A stretch of DNA of 64,000 nucleotides from Neoechinorhynchus agilis. Its lineage: Eukaryota; Animalia; Acanthocephala. A program made the translations under genes and the position numbers. Each line of letters begins with the position of its first letter. Within the stretch, counting starts at the first letter, position 1. The stretch lies in contig CM121341.1 in NCBI GenBank assembly GCA_051530055.1, positions 3,944,761-4,008,760 of the forward strand. The letters are read 5' to 3'. Under the pieces are notes generated by a model. It was not told where the DNA came from, did not search any database, and was given only the letters and a program-made list of their open reading frames with translations. Shown one piece after another: positions 10,578 to 20,089 of this stretch.

Positions 10578-12161
10578 CTAGTTTCCAATTATATTGAAAT
10601 ATCTATACATTGCAGCTGCCACCACAATGGCGATCGAAGCAACGGCGGTTTTAACGGCGGTTTTATTACCCACAACGGTTGTGCTCGGTTGTATTGACTT
10701 TGGTCTAATCTGAGTCAAACCCAAATATTTAGTTTTCTTTTCGTTTCCGTGTTTGCTTAGAAGATGGTTGCGACCTTCTTTACCGCATCGAACCATTAAT
10801 TCGAGATAATCACAGTTTGGATCAAATGATACGACGTCAAACTGGAACGGGGTGAGAATATGGCTCAAATTCGGGAACGAGTAACCATTAGGAATATAGA
10901 GACTTTGAACTTCAAGCTTATGAACGATATCCTTTCGCGACCTGAGATCGACGTAAGGACAGGCTGCCTTTATCAGATTAATCTTATTTTCAAACTTATC
11001 GAAACTTACGCCTAAAAGTGAGCTCATTTTGCTCAATTGAACAAAAAGACATCCGCACATAAACGCATCGAAACCGGCATCATGCGCCTGTCCTTTCATA
11101 TCCTTGGGATTTTCAACAAACGCCTTAGTGTAAGAAAATTCATTGCCTTCATCAGGCTCACAAAGTTCTAGTCGGCTAAGTTCGTTTAGTTTCACGCTTT
11201 TCTCGATACACATTGTCCTGAATATTGGTCCGAGGCTTGTAGATTGATTCGTGGGAAACATTTTTTTTCTCTCGTCATTGTAAATGACATCCAGAATGTG
11301 TTTAGTGTCGAATATTCGAGGAAATAGTCGTCTACATTGCTCTTTAAACTTCTCAGGTGAATCTAGCGAAAGTGGCTCGAAACAATGCTGAATGGTCAAC
11401 ATGATGTCTAGCATTCCATTGTGACAAACAATAGGTACATTCGCCATTCTAATTTCATTCACTACTTCGAAGAGACCATTGACCAATCGGAAATCAGGTT
11501 CAATCGCAGAACATTCTTTTTTAGTCAATTTCAGTTCATTAAGTTTATCCAAGAATTGAACGTCGAAACCGTAGACCTCGGATATTTTTGCTGCGTACAG
11601 GTTTGTTGTTCGATTCGATGGAACGTTTATTATTAGTGGTTCTTTTTGATCCCATTTATTGATTGCACAAAATGTTTCTTGATTGAGATAGTATGGCTTT
11701 CGATACAATTGCTGCAGGATTTCACGCTCTTGTTCTCGCAAGAGACCAATACCATGAAGGAAGCACTTGTTAAAATCGAATCCGTGAACGGATAAAAACT
11801 CAATCGACGAAGCCTGACATGTAAACATGCGCGGTAATTCAAACTGGAACTCTGGCACTGATCGGGGATATGTCCAAATATTGAAAGATTGAACTTTGTA
11901 TTTCTCTTTTCCGAAATCGTTTTGGTGGTCAACACTGCTAAACACAGTGAAACCAAATTGGAGAATAGTGGAATCAGCGCATAGTCTAGCTAGTTTCGGG
12001 TATCGTTTTGAAAAGTCTTCAGTTAGCAATGGAAGGCGGAATTTTGGGTCATAGGCAGATACCGATGTGAACTCGGTATCGAACGATACAAAAGTTGCAT
12101 GCGTCAAAGATTCTCGAATTTTGGCCAGCGAATCAACGAAATTCGATCTTGTTATGTCCAT
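10578..12161 (-). CDS. PNLDC1: CAF1/DEDD-family poly(A)-specific ribonuclease, PARN/PNLDC1-like, with C-terminal hydrophobic helix, 527 aa
   Basis: N-terminus MDITRSNF. DEDD motifs FVSFDTEFT, VCHNGMLDIM, FDTKH and AHDAGFDAFMCG. C-terminal AVKTAVASIAIVVAAAMYRYF. Family is confident; PNLDC1 versus PARN is inferred from the tail anchor. Confidence 0.85.
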   Translation of the reverse strand: MDITRSNFVDSLAKIRESLTHATFVSFDTEFTSVSAYDPKFRLPLLTEDFSKRYPKLARLCADSTILQFGFTVFSSVDHQNDFGKEKYKVQSFNIWTYPRSVPEFQFELPRMFTCQASSIEFLSVHGFDFNKCFLHGIGLLREQEREILQQLYRKPYYLNQETFCAINKWDQKEPLIINVPSNRTTNLYAAKISEVYGFDVQFLDKLNELKLTKKECSAIEPDFRLVNGLFEVVNEIRMANVPIVCHNGMLDIMLTIQHCFEPLSLDSPEKFKEQCRRLFPRIFDTKHILDVIYNDERKKMFPTNQSTSLGPIFRTMCIEKSVKLNELSRLELCEPDEGNEFSYTKAFVENPKDMKGQAHDAGFDAFMCGCLFVQLSKMSSLLGVSFDKFENKINLIKAACPYVDLRSRKDIVHKLEVQSLYIPNGYSFPNLSHILTPFQFDVVSFDPNCDYLELMVRCGKEGRNHLLSKHGNEKKTKYLGLTQIRPKSIQPSTTVVGNKTAVKTAVASIAIVVAAAMYRYFNIIGN

Positions 12162-12382
12162 CTAAAACAAAAACAAGGAGCTTTCTATCGGGTTCCAGCC
12201 GTGCGCGTGATTGATTAAGTCCTTGGAAGTTTAATGATAAAAAGACATTTATTTCCCGAAGTTTCCAAGTCTTAAGGCTTCTTAAGGAGTTAAGGAAACG
12301 CCCAACACTACAACTGACCGCCCAAGTGTCCACTAAAACAAAAATTGCTACAAACAAATAAAAATATTAAAAGTGATGTTTA

Positions 12383-12525
12383 GGTATTTAGCCAGTAAAT
12401 AATTTTTTTATTAGAGACATTTTGTGCCTCGTCGGGTTCATGGTGTGTTTTTTAATTATTATACAAGTTTAAGACCTCGAAACATCTTTAATAAAAAAAT
12501 TATTTCCTGAATGAAGACCCAAATA
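12383..12525. mobile_element. PLE pLTR-derived hairpin element, degenerate
   Basis: cagtaaataatttttttattagagac...cctcgtcgggttcat / cctcgaaacatctttaataaaaaaattatttcctgaatgaagacc. Confidence 0.6.
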
Positions 12526-13245
12526 AGACTTTTAACCTTTTGTGTGTGTTTGTAGCAAGTTTTGTTTTCGAAAATGGACACTTGGAAGAGGGCCGTTGTT
12601 TTAATGATAAAAGGACTTTTTTATTTCCAGAGGTTTCCAAGTATAAAAGTTTCTTCGTTAAAATCTTTATAAAAATCTTTAGATTTCTCTTTCGTTTTGT
12701 TAAAAACAAAAATATTTTTTACTGAAAAAAAAACATTTCTGAAATAATTCCTCAAAAAATTACAAACTGCATTAAATTCAGTTATTTTTTTTGCATTTTA
12801 TTAGACAAATTACTCGAAGATAATTGTATTAGAATCATCAAAGTCCGATGCATTGAACGCGGTCAAAATCCACAGCCGGAAAAAACGATAAAAAGGAGAT
12901 TTTTAAATGATTGAAACGCTCAAAATAAAACAAATTCAGTGAAGAAAATCAAATTTTATCGAGACTTTAAAGAAATTATTTGCAATAATTAAAAATTATC
13001 TTTAGAAAAAAATTTGGTATGAGCGAGTTTTAATATGAGAAAATCAAAAAATAGCATCCTATAAACTCAAATGAGCGATCATTGAAATACGAGTTCCGCT
13101 GAAAATTATGTTTATTTGTAACCAAAATCGATGATAGACGACCGATTTCCTTAAGAATGATTTTATTGCATTTTGAAAAAAATTATTCGATCGAGTTTTT
13201 CCTTCGAGGGATTCAGTTCATTTTCTCTATATGCGGCGAGTTTTT

Positions 13246-13418
13246 TTCTCCTCAAGATTTATTTACATGCAAATTTTCGAGGCTTCAACTTCCTTATCAA
13301 GCATTGTTTACAAGTTTGAAAAAACTTGAAAAACAAACAAACAAACTTACAAGCAATGCTTGAAAAGGAGGTTGTCGAAAATTTGCATGTTTACAAATAA
13401 ATCTTGAGGAGTAGAAAA
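13246..13418. repeat. Imperfect inverted repeat (about 70-bp arms, about 24-nt spacer), MITE-like
   Basis: ctcctcaagatttattt..acatgcaaattttcga..tcaagcattg..aagtttg is mirrored by caaactt..caatgcttga..tcgaaaatttgcatgt..aaataaatcttgaggag. Confidence 0.7.
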
Positions 13419-14021
13419 TTAAAATATTATTAAAAATACAGTGAAACATAAAGATGGACGAATTTCTAAAACTGAGATTTTTTTTCAAAATGTTCCCACG
13501 CTAATCGAATTTAAAACATGGACAATTCACAAAATGCTTTGCATTATAAAGGAATTTTTGAGCAGTAACGTAAACAAGTCCACAATAAAATATTATTAAA
13601 AAGTGAACGAAACACGGGCCACATCTACAAAAATTGATTAACTCGGCATTTTTCTTAAAGATAAAACGTAAAAATGTCATAATTGGGGATATTGTGAAAC
13701 GATCGATCCGTCGCACCACCAGAAAAAGAAACTTCTACAGAATATTTCATTAGAAAGCCTCGCATCAACGATTTTTTCACGATAAGAAAAACATCCGAAT
13801 ATAAAAAAAGGGAAAATCCCTGCAAAATATACAGTTCCCTTAGCAATTCTTTCGTGTCCTACAGTCATCAAATCGACGATTTTTCTTTTGTTGAACGAGT
13901 TGCGCCCTGATTGATGCTGCGGGTGAATTTTGGTTGAACAAAATTTTAATGGCATTTTTGAAATAGATTAAAACGTTAAATGTTCGCAACTTGTAAACCG
14001 ATAAATGTTGGTTTTTGTTCT

Positions 14022-14415
14022 TCAATCTTCATCATCGGTCGATGCAGGAGTTTTAGCGTTACAGAATTTGGTAATCGTGTACACGATATCCATCGCGGTC
14101 ATATTTTCAGTCTTCAAAATCACTTGTTCGTCGTCGACAAACCGTAAATGAATTTGTGGATCAGAAGAGTCCGATTTTATTCGAGTTCGAATAGAACAAA
14201 GGGCGTTTGTTGACCGCACTTTAGGCTTACTGATGCCAGTCAAGAAATCACTTAATGAAAATCTATAAGAAATAAATTGAGCAAAAAACATACCGAATCG
14301 ATCGTGTCTTTTCATGAAATGGATCAAATTGAATAGTTACGGTTTTACAAGGTTTCAGATTCACGAATGCGTAAAGCTTACGGGTCATCTCAAGGAAACG
14401 CGGTTGCGTGTTCAT
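14022..14415 (-). CDS. mRpL53: Mitochondrial ribosomal protein L53, 2 exons
   Basis: LKPCKTVTIQFDPFHEKTRSIR|DFLTGISKPKVRSTNALCSIRTRIKSDSSDPQIHLRF matches the MRPL53 pattern. Donor CG|gtatgt at 14293; in-frame acceptors give exon 2 starting at 14250 (43-nt intron) or 14262 (31-nt intron). Confidence 0.88.
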
Positions 14416-14446
14416 CTTAAAAAGAAGAACACAAACATTAAAACTT

Positions 14447-14992
14447 TTTTTTCTAGGTTTTACAATAATAAAGTACAAAACCTTCAATCACCACCGTCCG
14501 CAAAATAAGAGCTTCCCCCCTTCCTCGGCGGTCGCTATCACGTTAGCAGCATTGCCTCGTTGTACTGCGAGCGATATATTTTGTCGCAGGAATACACCTG
14601 CTCGTGCGTCGCCGGTCGTTTCTCTCAATTTCGTCGAGAGATCCTGGAGTCGAGTGAGTGCCAAGATGCCAAGCGCTCCATACGTCTCTACCCCAAAGGG
14701 GACAAAATAGTTGGCCCTTGCTAAATCCTTATATTTTCGTACCTTCCTTCCGCTGCACTGGCGGCACCTCCAGCGATTTCGAGAGAGTAGGGAATGTTGC
14801 TTACTGCGAGGGACGTGGCGTCCCAGAGAAGGCATTTGCCCTCCCGCCCCGGAAAGATCGAAATTCCGTCAGGTCGAAGACCGTCTAGTCGACAAAGATG
14901 GGCGGGTTCCAAGATGTTGGGGAAGTTTGCCGTTCGCAACGCCCGAGAAATTACGCTATTGATCTCAGAATGGCGTGCGAGCACGATAAATC
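14447..14992 (-). mobile_element. 5'-truncated copy of the CRE-clade element at 7255-8990 (RLE domain + 3' UTR + A-tail)
   Basis: RHSEINSVISRALRTANFPNILEP...ISLAVQRGNA...FCGRW*, same 3' UTR ggtggtgattg..ttttgtactttattatt, and an A8 tail at 14447-14454. Confidence 0.9.
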
Positions 14993-15229
14993 TTTTGACA
15001 CCATTGAACGTCATTGATTATAATTCTTCCGTGTCGTAGAAATTGTTTTGAAAATTTTTTTGTCCCCTTTTCCGGATTGCGCTTCTATGCGTTCTTAGCG
15101 CGCGGGATTTGAACTGAGATCTTTATTGATTGTTCAGTGTCAATCCTTTATTGGATCTCGTTGCGGCATTGTTCGATTAATTCGATGAGTGAAATCGATG
15201 TTGGTTGCTTTCTTTGATCTTCATTTATC

Positions 15230-15590
15230 TACGATTAAATTTTTGGCTTCAAACATTTCCTTGATCTTTGAGCCTCTAGCTCATATCATCAATTCTAGCT
15301 TTGAAGCGGGGATTTTTCCAGATTACCTGAAGACCGCTCGCGTCATTCCTATCCCTAAGGCGGGGAAACCCGTTTCTCCGACTTCCTTTCGCCCTATCTC
15401 TCTCTACTCTCGCCGTTTTGTTAAAATTTTGAAAATTTTTTCAAAACTCGCATCCTCCCCATCTTCTTACAAAACATTTCGTCGAAGCAATTCGGCTTCC
15501 GACCAGGATATTGTTGTATCGACGCCCTCTTGTGCATTTACGATTCGATCCTGCGCAATCTTGACCAAGAACCTGTGCTAAGTACGCTAT
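15230..15590 (+). mobile_element. CR1/L2-like LINE RT fragment
   Basis: EPLAHIINSSFEAGIFPDYLKTARVIPIPKAGKPVSPTSFRPISL. Confidence 0.8.
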
Positions 15591-15639
15591 TGATTGTGCT
15601 GGCATAAATGTGCATGTAAAAAAGTGTGTTGTGCACACA

Positions 15640-17275
15640 GAGTTTTTTTGAAATAAAGAAGGATCGCTGTTTGGTTCATCCATCATGCCAACATCTGGCG
15701 ACGAGGACAAATGGAAGACATGGATGGAGGGTATCATGGGACAGCAAGAGGTGTGGATGGAAGAGATGTTCAAAATGGGGTCCAAGACCCAGATCGAACA
15801 GAAAAATGTGATACGAGGAGCACAGATAACCCCGTTTTGCCCTTTCGATGGAGTCGAGAACTGGGCCGAGTACGTAGAACAAGCCGAAGCCCCCATGAAA
15901 ATCAATGGAATCAAGGAAAGCGACGAAGAAAAGCGTAGATCATGTCTGTTGGCCTGGATGGGTCCGAAGATTTACACAGAGCTAAAGAAGATGGTAGCCG
16001 GCCGACCATTCGGCGACGTCAGCTGTGTAGATGTCAAGTCGCCCAATGCACCAGATAACGGCGCGCTACCTTTTTAGTACATGCCGTAAAGCAGAAGGAC
16101 AAACTCACGCCGAGTGGGTTACAGCACTACGAGGATGCGGTTTCCACAACAAGGAAGTTAAGGATGAACGATCAGCGGTCGACGAAAGGATTAAGGATCA
16201 TATAAGCGTGGCGACACCTTAGAAAGCTTTAAGAAAAGCTGCGATGCAACACAAGGATTCAGCATCATTGGCGGAAGTCTTAAAGATTGCCGAAGCGATC
16301 GAGGTAGCAGAAAAGGCGAGTGGGCTGTTGTGTGATTCAAAAAGTAACGAGCGTTCGGATCAAAGAGGAGAGATCGAGGTTGATCGAATAATAAGAAGGC
16401 AAAGGTTCACAAGGAAATCAGAGGATAAGCGAGTACAAGAACCGAAAGGGAAGTTCGGTAATCGATGCGGAAAGTGCGGATTCGTTCATCGAGATAAAGT
16501 TCAATGTCCGGCAAGTAGAGGAAAATGTTACAAGTGTGGTATTAGCGGACATTTTGCCCGAATGTGTAGAAAAGTGTGGGTGAGACAAGTGGAAGCCGTG
16601 AAAGGAGTCTAGCCTAGAGAGGATGAGTGGGAATTTAAGAAAGATTATGGTTGTTATGGGCTGATCTGCACTGCAAATGACGAGGGTAATCGAGCAGAAA
16701 TAACGGCGAGGGTCGATGGATGTCAAGTGACAATGAATTTTGATACTGGCGCGGAAGTTAGTATCATCGACGAGGATATGTGGAGTAAGATCGGAAAGCC
16801 GAGTTTGAAACCGACGAAGCGATTGAAGGCGTTTGGGGGATCCGAAATCGATTGTCTGGGTAAGTGCAAAGTGAGAATCGAAACAAGAGAGATAAAGAAG
16901 AATACAGTGGTGCACGTGGTAAAAGGAACGAAGGGATGTCTACGGGGGATTGACTGGACAAAGCTGTTTGATATGGAGTTACCCCCTTCAATGATCGTCA
17001 GGGGAATAAAGACCGTACAGGAGTCAGTGGATGAGATGCTAAAACAGTTTAAAGTACTTTTCGAGAAGTGTACCCCCATCAGAAATTTCAGAGTAACACT
17101 GCCGATTGCAGACGGTGCTCAGCCCACGTGGATGCCAGCGAGGAGAGTGCCGTGGGCATTACAGGATGCGGTAGTTAAAGAAATGGAACGATTGACGAAC
17201 AAGGGGGTTTTGGAACGAGTGGAGACAGGCGACACAAATTTAGAATGGGGAACCCCTATGGTCCCCCAACTTCAC
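15640..17275 (+). mobile_element. Ty3/Gypsy LTR retrotransposon gag-protease-RT start fragment (Mag-like), disrupted
   Basis: gag (PFDGVENWAEYVEQ...LLAWMGPKIY), zinc knuckles CGKCGFVH...CYKCGISGHFARMC, protease DTGAEVSII, RT start ARRVPWALQDAVVKEMERL..GVLERV...WGTPMV. Stops and frameshifts present; no LTR identified. Confidence 0.9.
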
Positions 17276-17609
17276 ACCATTTCTTAATTGCATCGGGCTT
17301 CAGTAAAATATTTCCTCTCACACCTCTCCGAGTGCAAAAAACGTAGCTTAAGGGAAACATTAAAATCGCTGAAAAGGAAGTCTGCCGGCATTAAGTAAGA
17401 TCTCTATTATTTGTTTGTTGTGCCTCAAATGAATCTTTTTTAATGCGTATATATTACCTTTTTAAAATCCATTCCCTAAAAATGAATAGAAAAAATGGTT
17501 TAAGAAAGATTTGGTTAGATATTGTTACAGATAATAGAAGGTAAATGATTCGACCTCAAAATGGAGGCCCCGACTTTCGAGATTTAATGGAAGACAGTAT
17601 TTTGCTCAA

Positions 17610-18614
17610 AATCGATTATTAGTTTTTATTCGATAAAACTTGAAGCTATCTAATAATTCAAAGATGAACTTTTTTACGTGACATCTTAGAAAAAGAATAA
17701 AATAGCTACAATTTAAAAAGACATCGAGCAAGAAGACTACATTGCTACATTTCACGCCGTGTGCCAATAAATTACACGACCCGTGAATTCTGTTTTTTCG
17801 TACCTTTCAAATTGCCGTCCGTTTTGTATCGCGTTGCATCCGTTTTCCTCGCATCGTTCTGTTTTGTTCTCCGATGAATCGAGCGATTTAGGTGCCTATG
17901 GTAGAAGATTCGAACCTATTGAAGGTGTCGTAGCGCTTCATTGTAAGTAATCCTGAAGTTTTCAATGTTTGTTATTAAACGTTTCAATTGGTTCATTGAC
18001 CATCGCCAAAAACACTGCCGAAGGAAAAATTACTAAGATATTCTCGTAAATTGAAAGAAAGCATAGCGATTGGCAGGAAACAGTAAATTTGTTTTGCTTC
18101 TTTGCAAACCTTTCATTGCGAGCTGCGCTACTAAGCCGCTTACAATTCCTTTAATGCTCAACAACCGTACGACAAATCGATCAGAAAAGCATAATGAAGA
18201 AATCAAATTTCATTTGCATTCATTTTATGGGAATGAAGTATGGAATCAGAGCTGTAGATTATTGCCTTCGTTCCCGTGACGGCGTCTAAGCGCCTCATTG
18301 TAAGTAATATTCCTAGAAATTATTGGAAACGTCGTTATTCCAATTTTCTTTTAAAAATTTATTACATAATTAGTGAATTCAATTTGTTGCATTGCCGAAT
18401 TCTTTAAGATTTATCGGTAGTGTAAAATGTTCTAGATGAACGTTTCTTATCTTCATTTGTGCCTTAGGATATTCGTAGTAAATGTTGGTCTTGTAGTTTG
18501 ATTAAAGGTCCTATAAAAACGAATAAATCTGAGTTTCATCCAGGCGAAGGTTTTGTACTATCAATGTTCTATTCAATATCCAAAATACGTGCTATTTTTT
18601 TAAAACTTTTTAAA
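17610..18614. repeat. About 1-kb non-coding segment duplicated at 33985-35207
   Basis: Collinear high-identity match (e.g. gacatcgagcaagaagactacattgctacatttcac; aatacgtgctatttttt..aaactttttaaa). Confidence 0.85.
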
Positions 18615-18933
18615 CGCTGGTCGTGGTTTCCACTGGCTAATTGGTATATCCACACATCCAGGAACGGAAACTTACCATGGTCCTCCTCCTCCTCGATCGT
18701 CCACTGAATATTGTCGTCCCTTCCATTCAGTTCATGTTTAAGGCCATTCATATTAGTCTCTGAAGGGTCGATCAACAGAAACGTGTCGTCCACATATCTG
18801 AACCAGATATTAACCCCCTGTATCGACGGCAAATGTTCGTCCTTCCAGTGCCGCATATACAGCTCAGCAAGCACAGGGGTTAACGGGCTGCCCATGGCTA
18901 CTCCATCTTTCTGGTCATAGTCGATGCTCGTGT
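18615..18933 (-). mobile_element. Penelope-like family C RT-core fragment
   Basis: GVAMGSPLTPVLAELYM, WFRYVDDTF, KFPFLDV; near-identical to 46850-47165. Confidence 0.9.
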
Positions 18934-19930
18934 CGGAAGGCGATGGTTATGCATCGCGATTCCCATCACCCCTGGGTTATTAAGCAGGCAATTTACACCC
19001 AGATGCATAAGACCGCACGAAGTTGCTCATCATCCGATGCAAAACGTTCAGCAGTTCAGAAGGTCAATTATTTATTTGCTGATAATGGGTATTCAAGTAA
19101 GGAAATCAAGCAGCTTCAAATGCGTTCAGAAAGGGTAAATCAGCATGGAAGCGATGGTTTTTACCAAGAATCAGTCCGACCTCAAGCCGATTATGAAGAT
19201 ACCGTTTGTCAGCGAGCAATTTACGAGCGACGTTAAACGACTGCTGCAAAAGTCGGGACTGGATGTACGCTTTGTTCACCGAAATGCACCCAACCTGCGC
19301 CGAATACTGACGAGGAAAGGACATCATGAATCGCCCAGTGAATGTCCAAAATCATGCATGGTGTGCAGCTATTCGCCGGGCACAAGCAGGGACAAGAAAG
19401 GAGAACGAGAAGTGTCTCTTTGTAGCCGTAGCAACGCCGTTTATGAAATCTCGTGTGAACGATGCAAGGCAGATGCCAATCGAAAGTTTTTTTAATATCG
19501 GGAAAACAGAACGACCGTTGTACAAACGCGTCACTGAACACGTCCGCAATGCGCTGAATCTCAATGCTCAATCGTACCAAACGACACCGTGGGCCGAGCA
19601 TTATTTGCGTGGTCATCCGGACGGGGAACACAGCTTTCCGCGGATATTGGGTAATTTGCCCAGGATCCAGTGGATTTGGCGATCACGGAGGAACTGCTGA
19701 TATCTCTTGTGAGACGAAAGGCGTGACTCGTGAAGGTGCTCAACAAAGGGAGGAAATATAGACACACCTCCGTCCATGATGTTATTGTGTGTTCGCATAA
19801 TATGTCCACCTCGTGTTTTAAACGGCCCTGTCGAACTCGTAAAACGACGAAGGCTCGGCAAAAAAAATGAAAGTCTTGTTACGGTCGATTGTCAAAATAT
19901 ATAAAAAGAGTGATTTAACCTGCGACTGGG
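18934..19930 (+). mobile_element. Penelope-like family A 3' half (thumb, Cys-rich linker, GIY-YIG)
   Basis: HRDSHHPWVIKQAIY, CPKSCMVC...LCSRSNAVYEISCERC, IGKTERPLYKRVTEH; frameshifted. Confidence 0.88.
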
Positions 19931-20089
19931 AAACCAAGCTGCAGTTCACGCTATTATGATTTTATTATGGGTTTTACTTGAAAATAGTAAATTATTTCCA
20001 CTTAAAATCTATCACTATGGCTAATTTAATTTGTAGCTAAGGATGGTCTTAACTGATGAATGAACGAAGCCACTTTCGGTTTCGCACCT

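Noticed and set aside
17895-17925. gattcgaacc as a tRNA/SINE B-box
   Set aside because: No A-box or cloverleaf.
19845-19870. acgacgaaggctcggc(c)aaaa at the PLE-A 3' end as a hammerhead
   Set aside because: Both core boxes are mismatched in all three copies and no helix I or III is evident.
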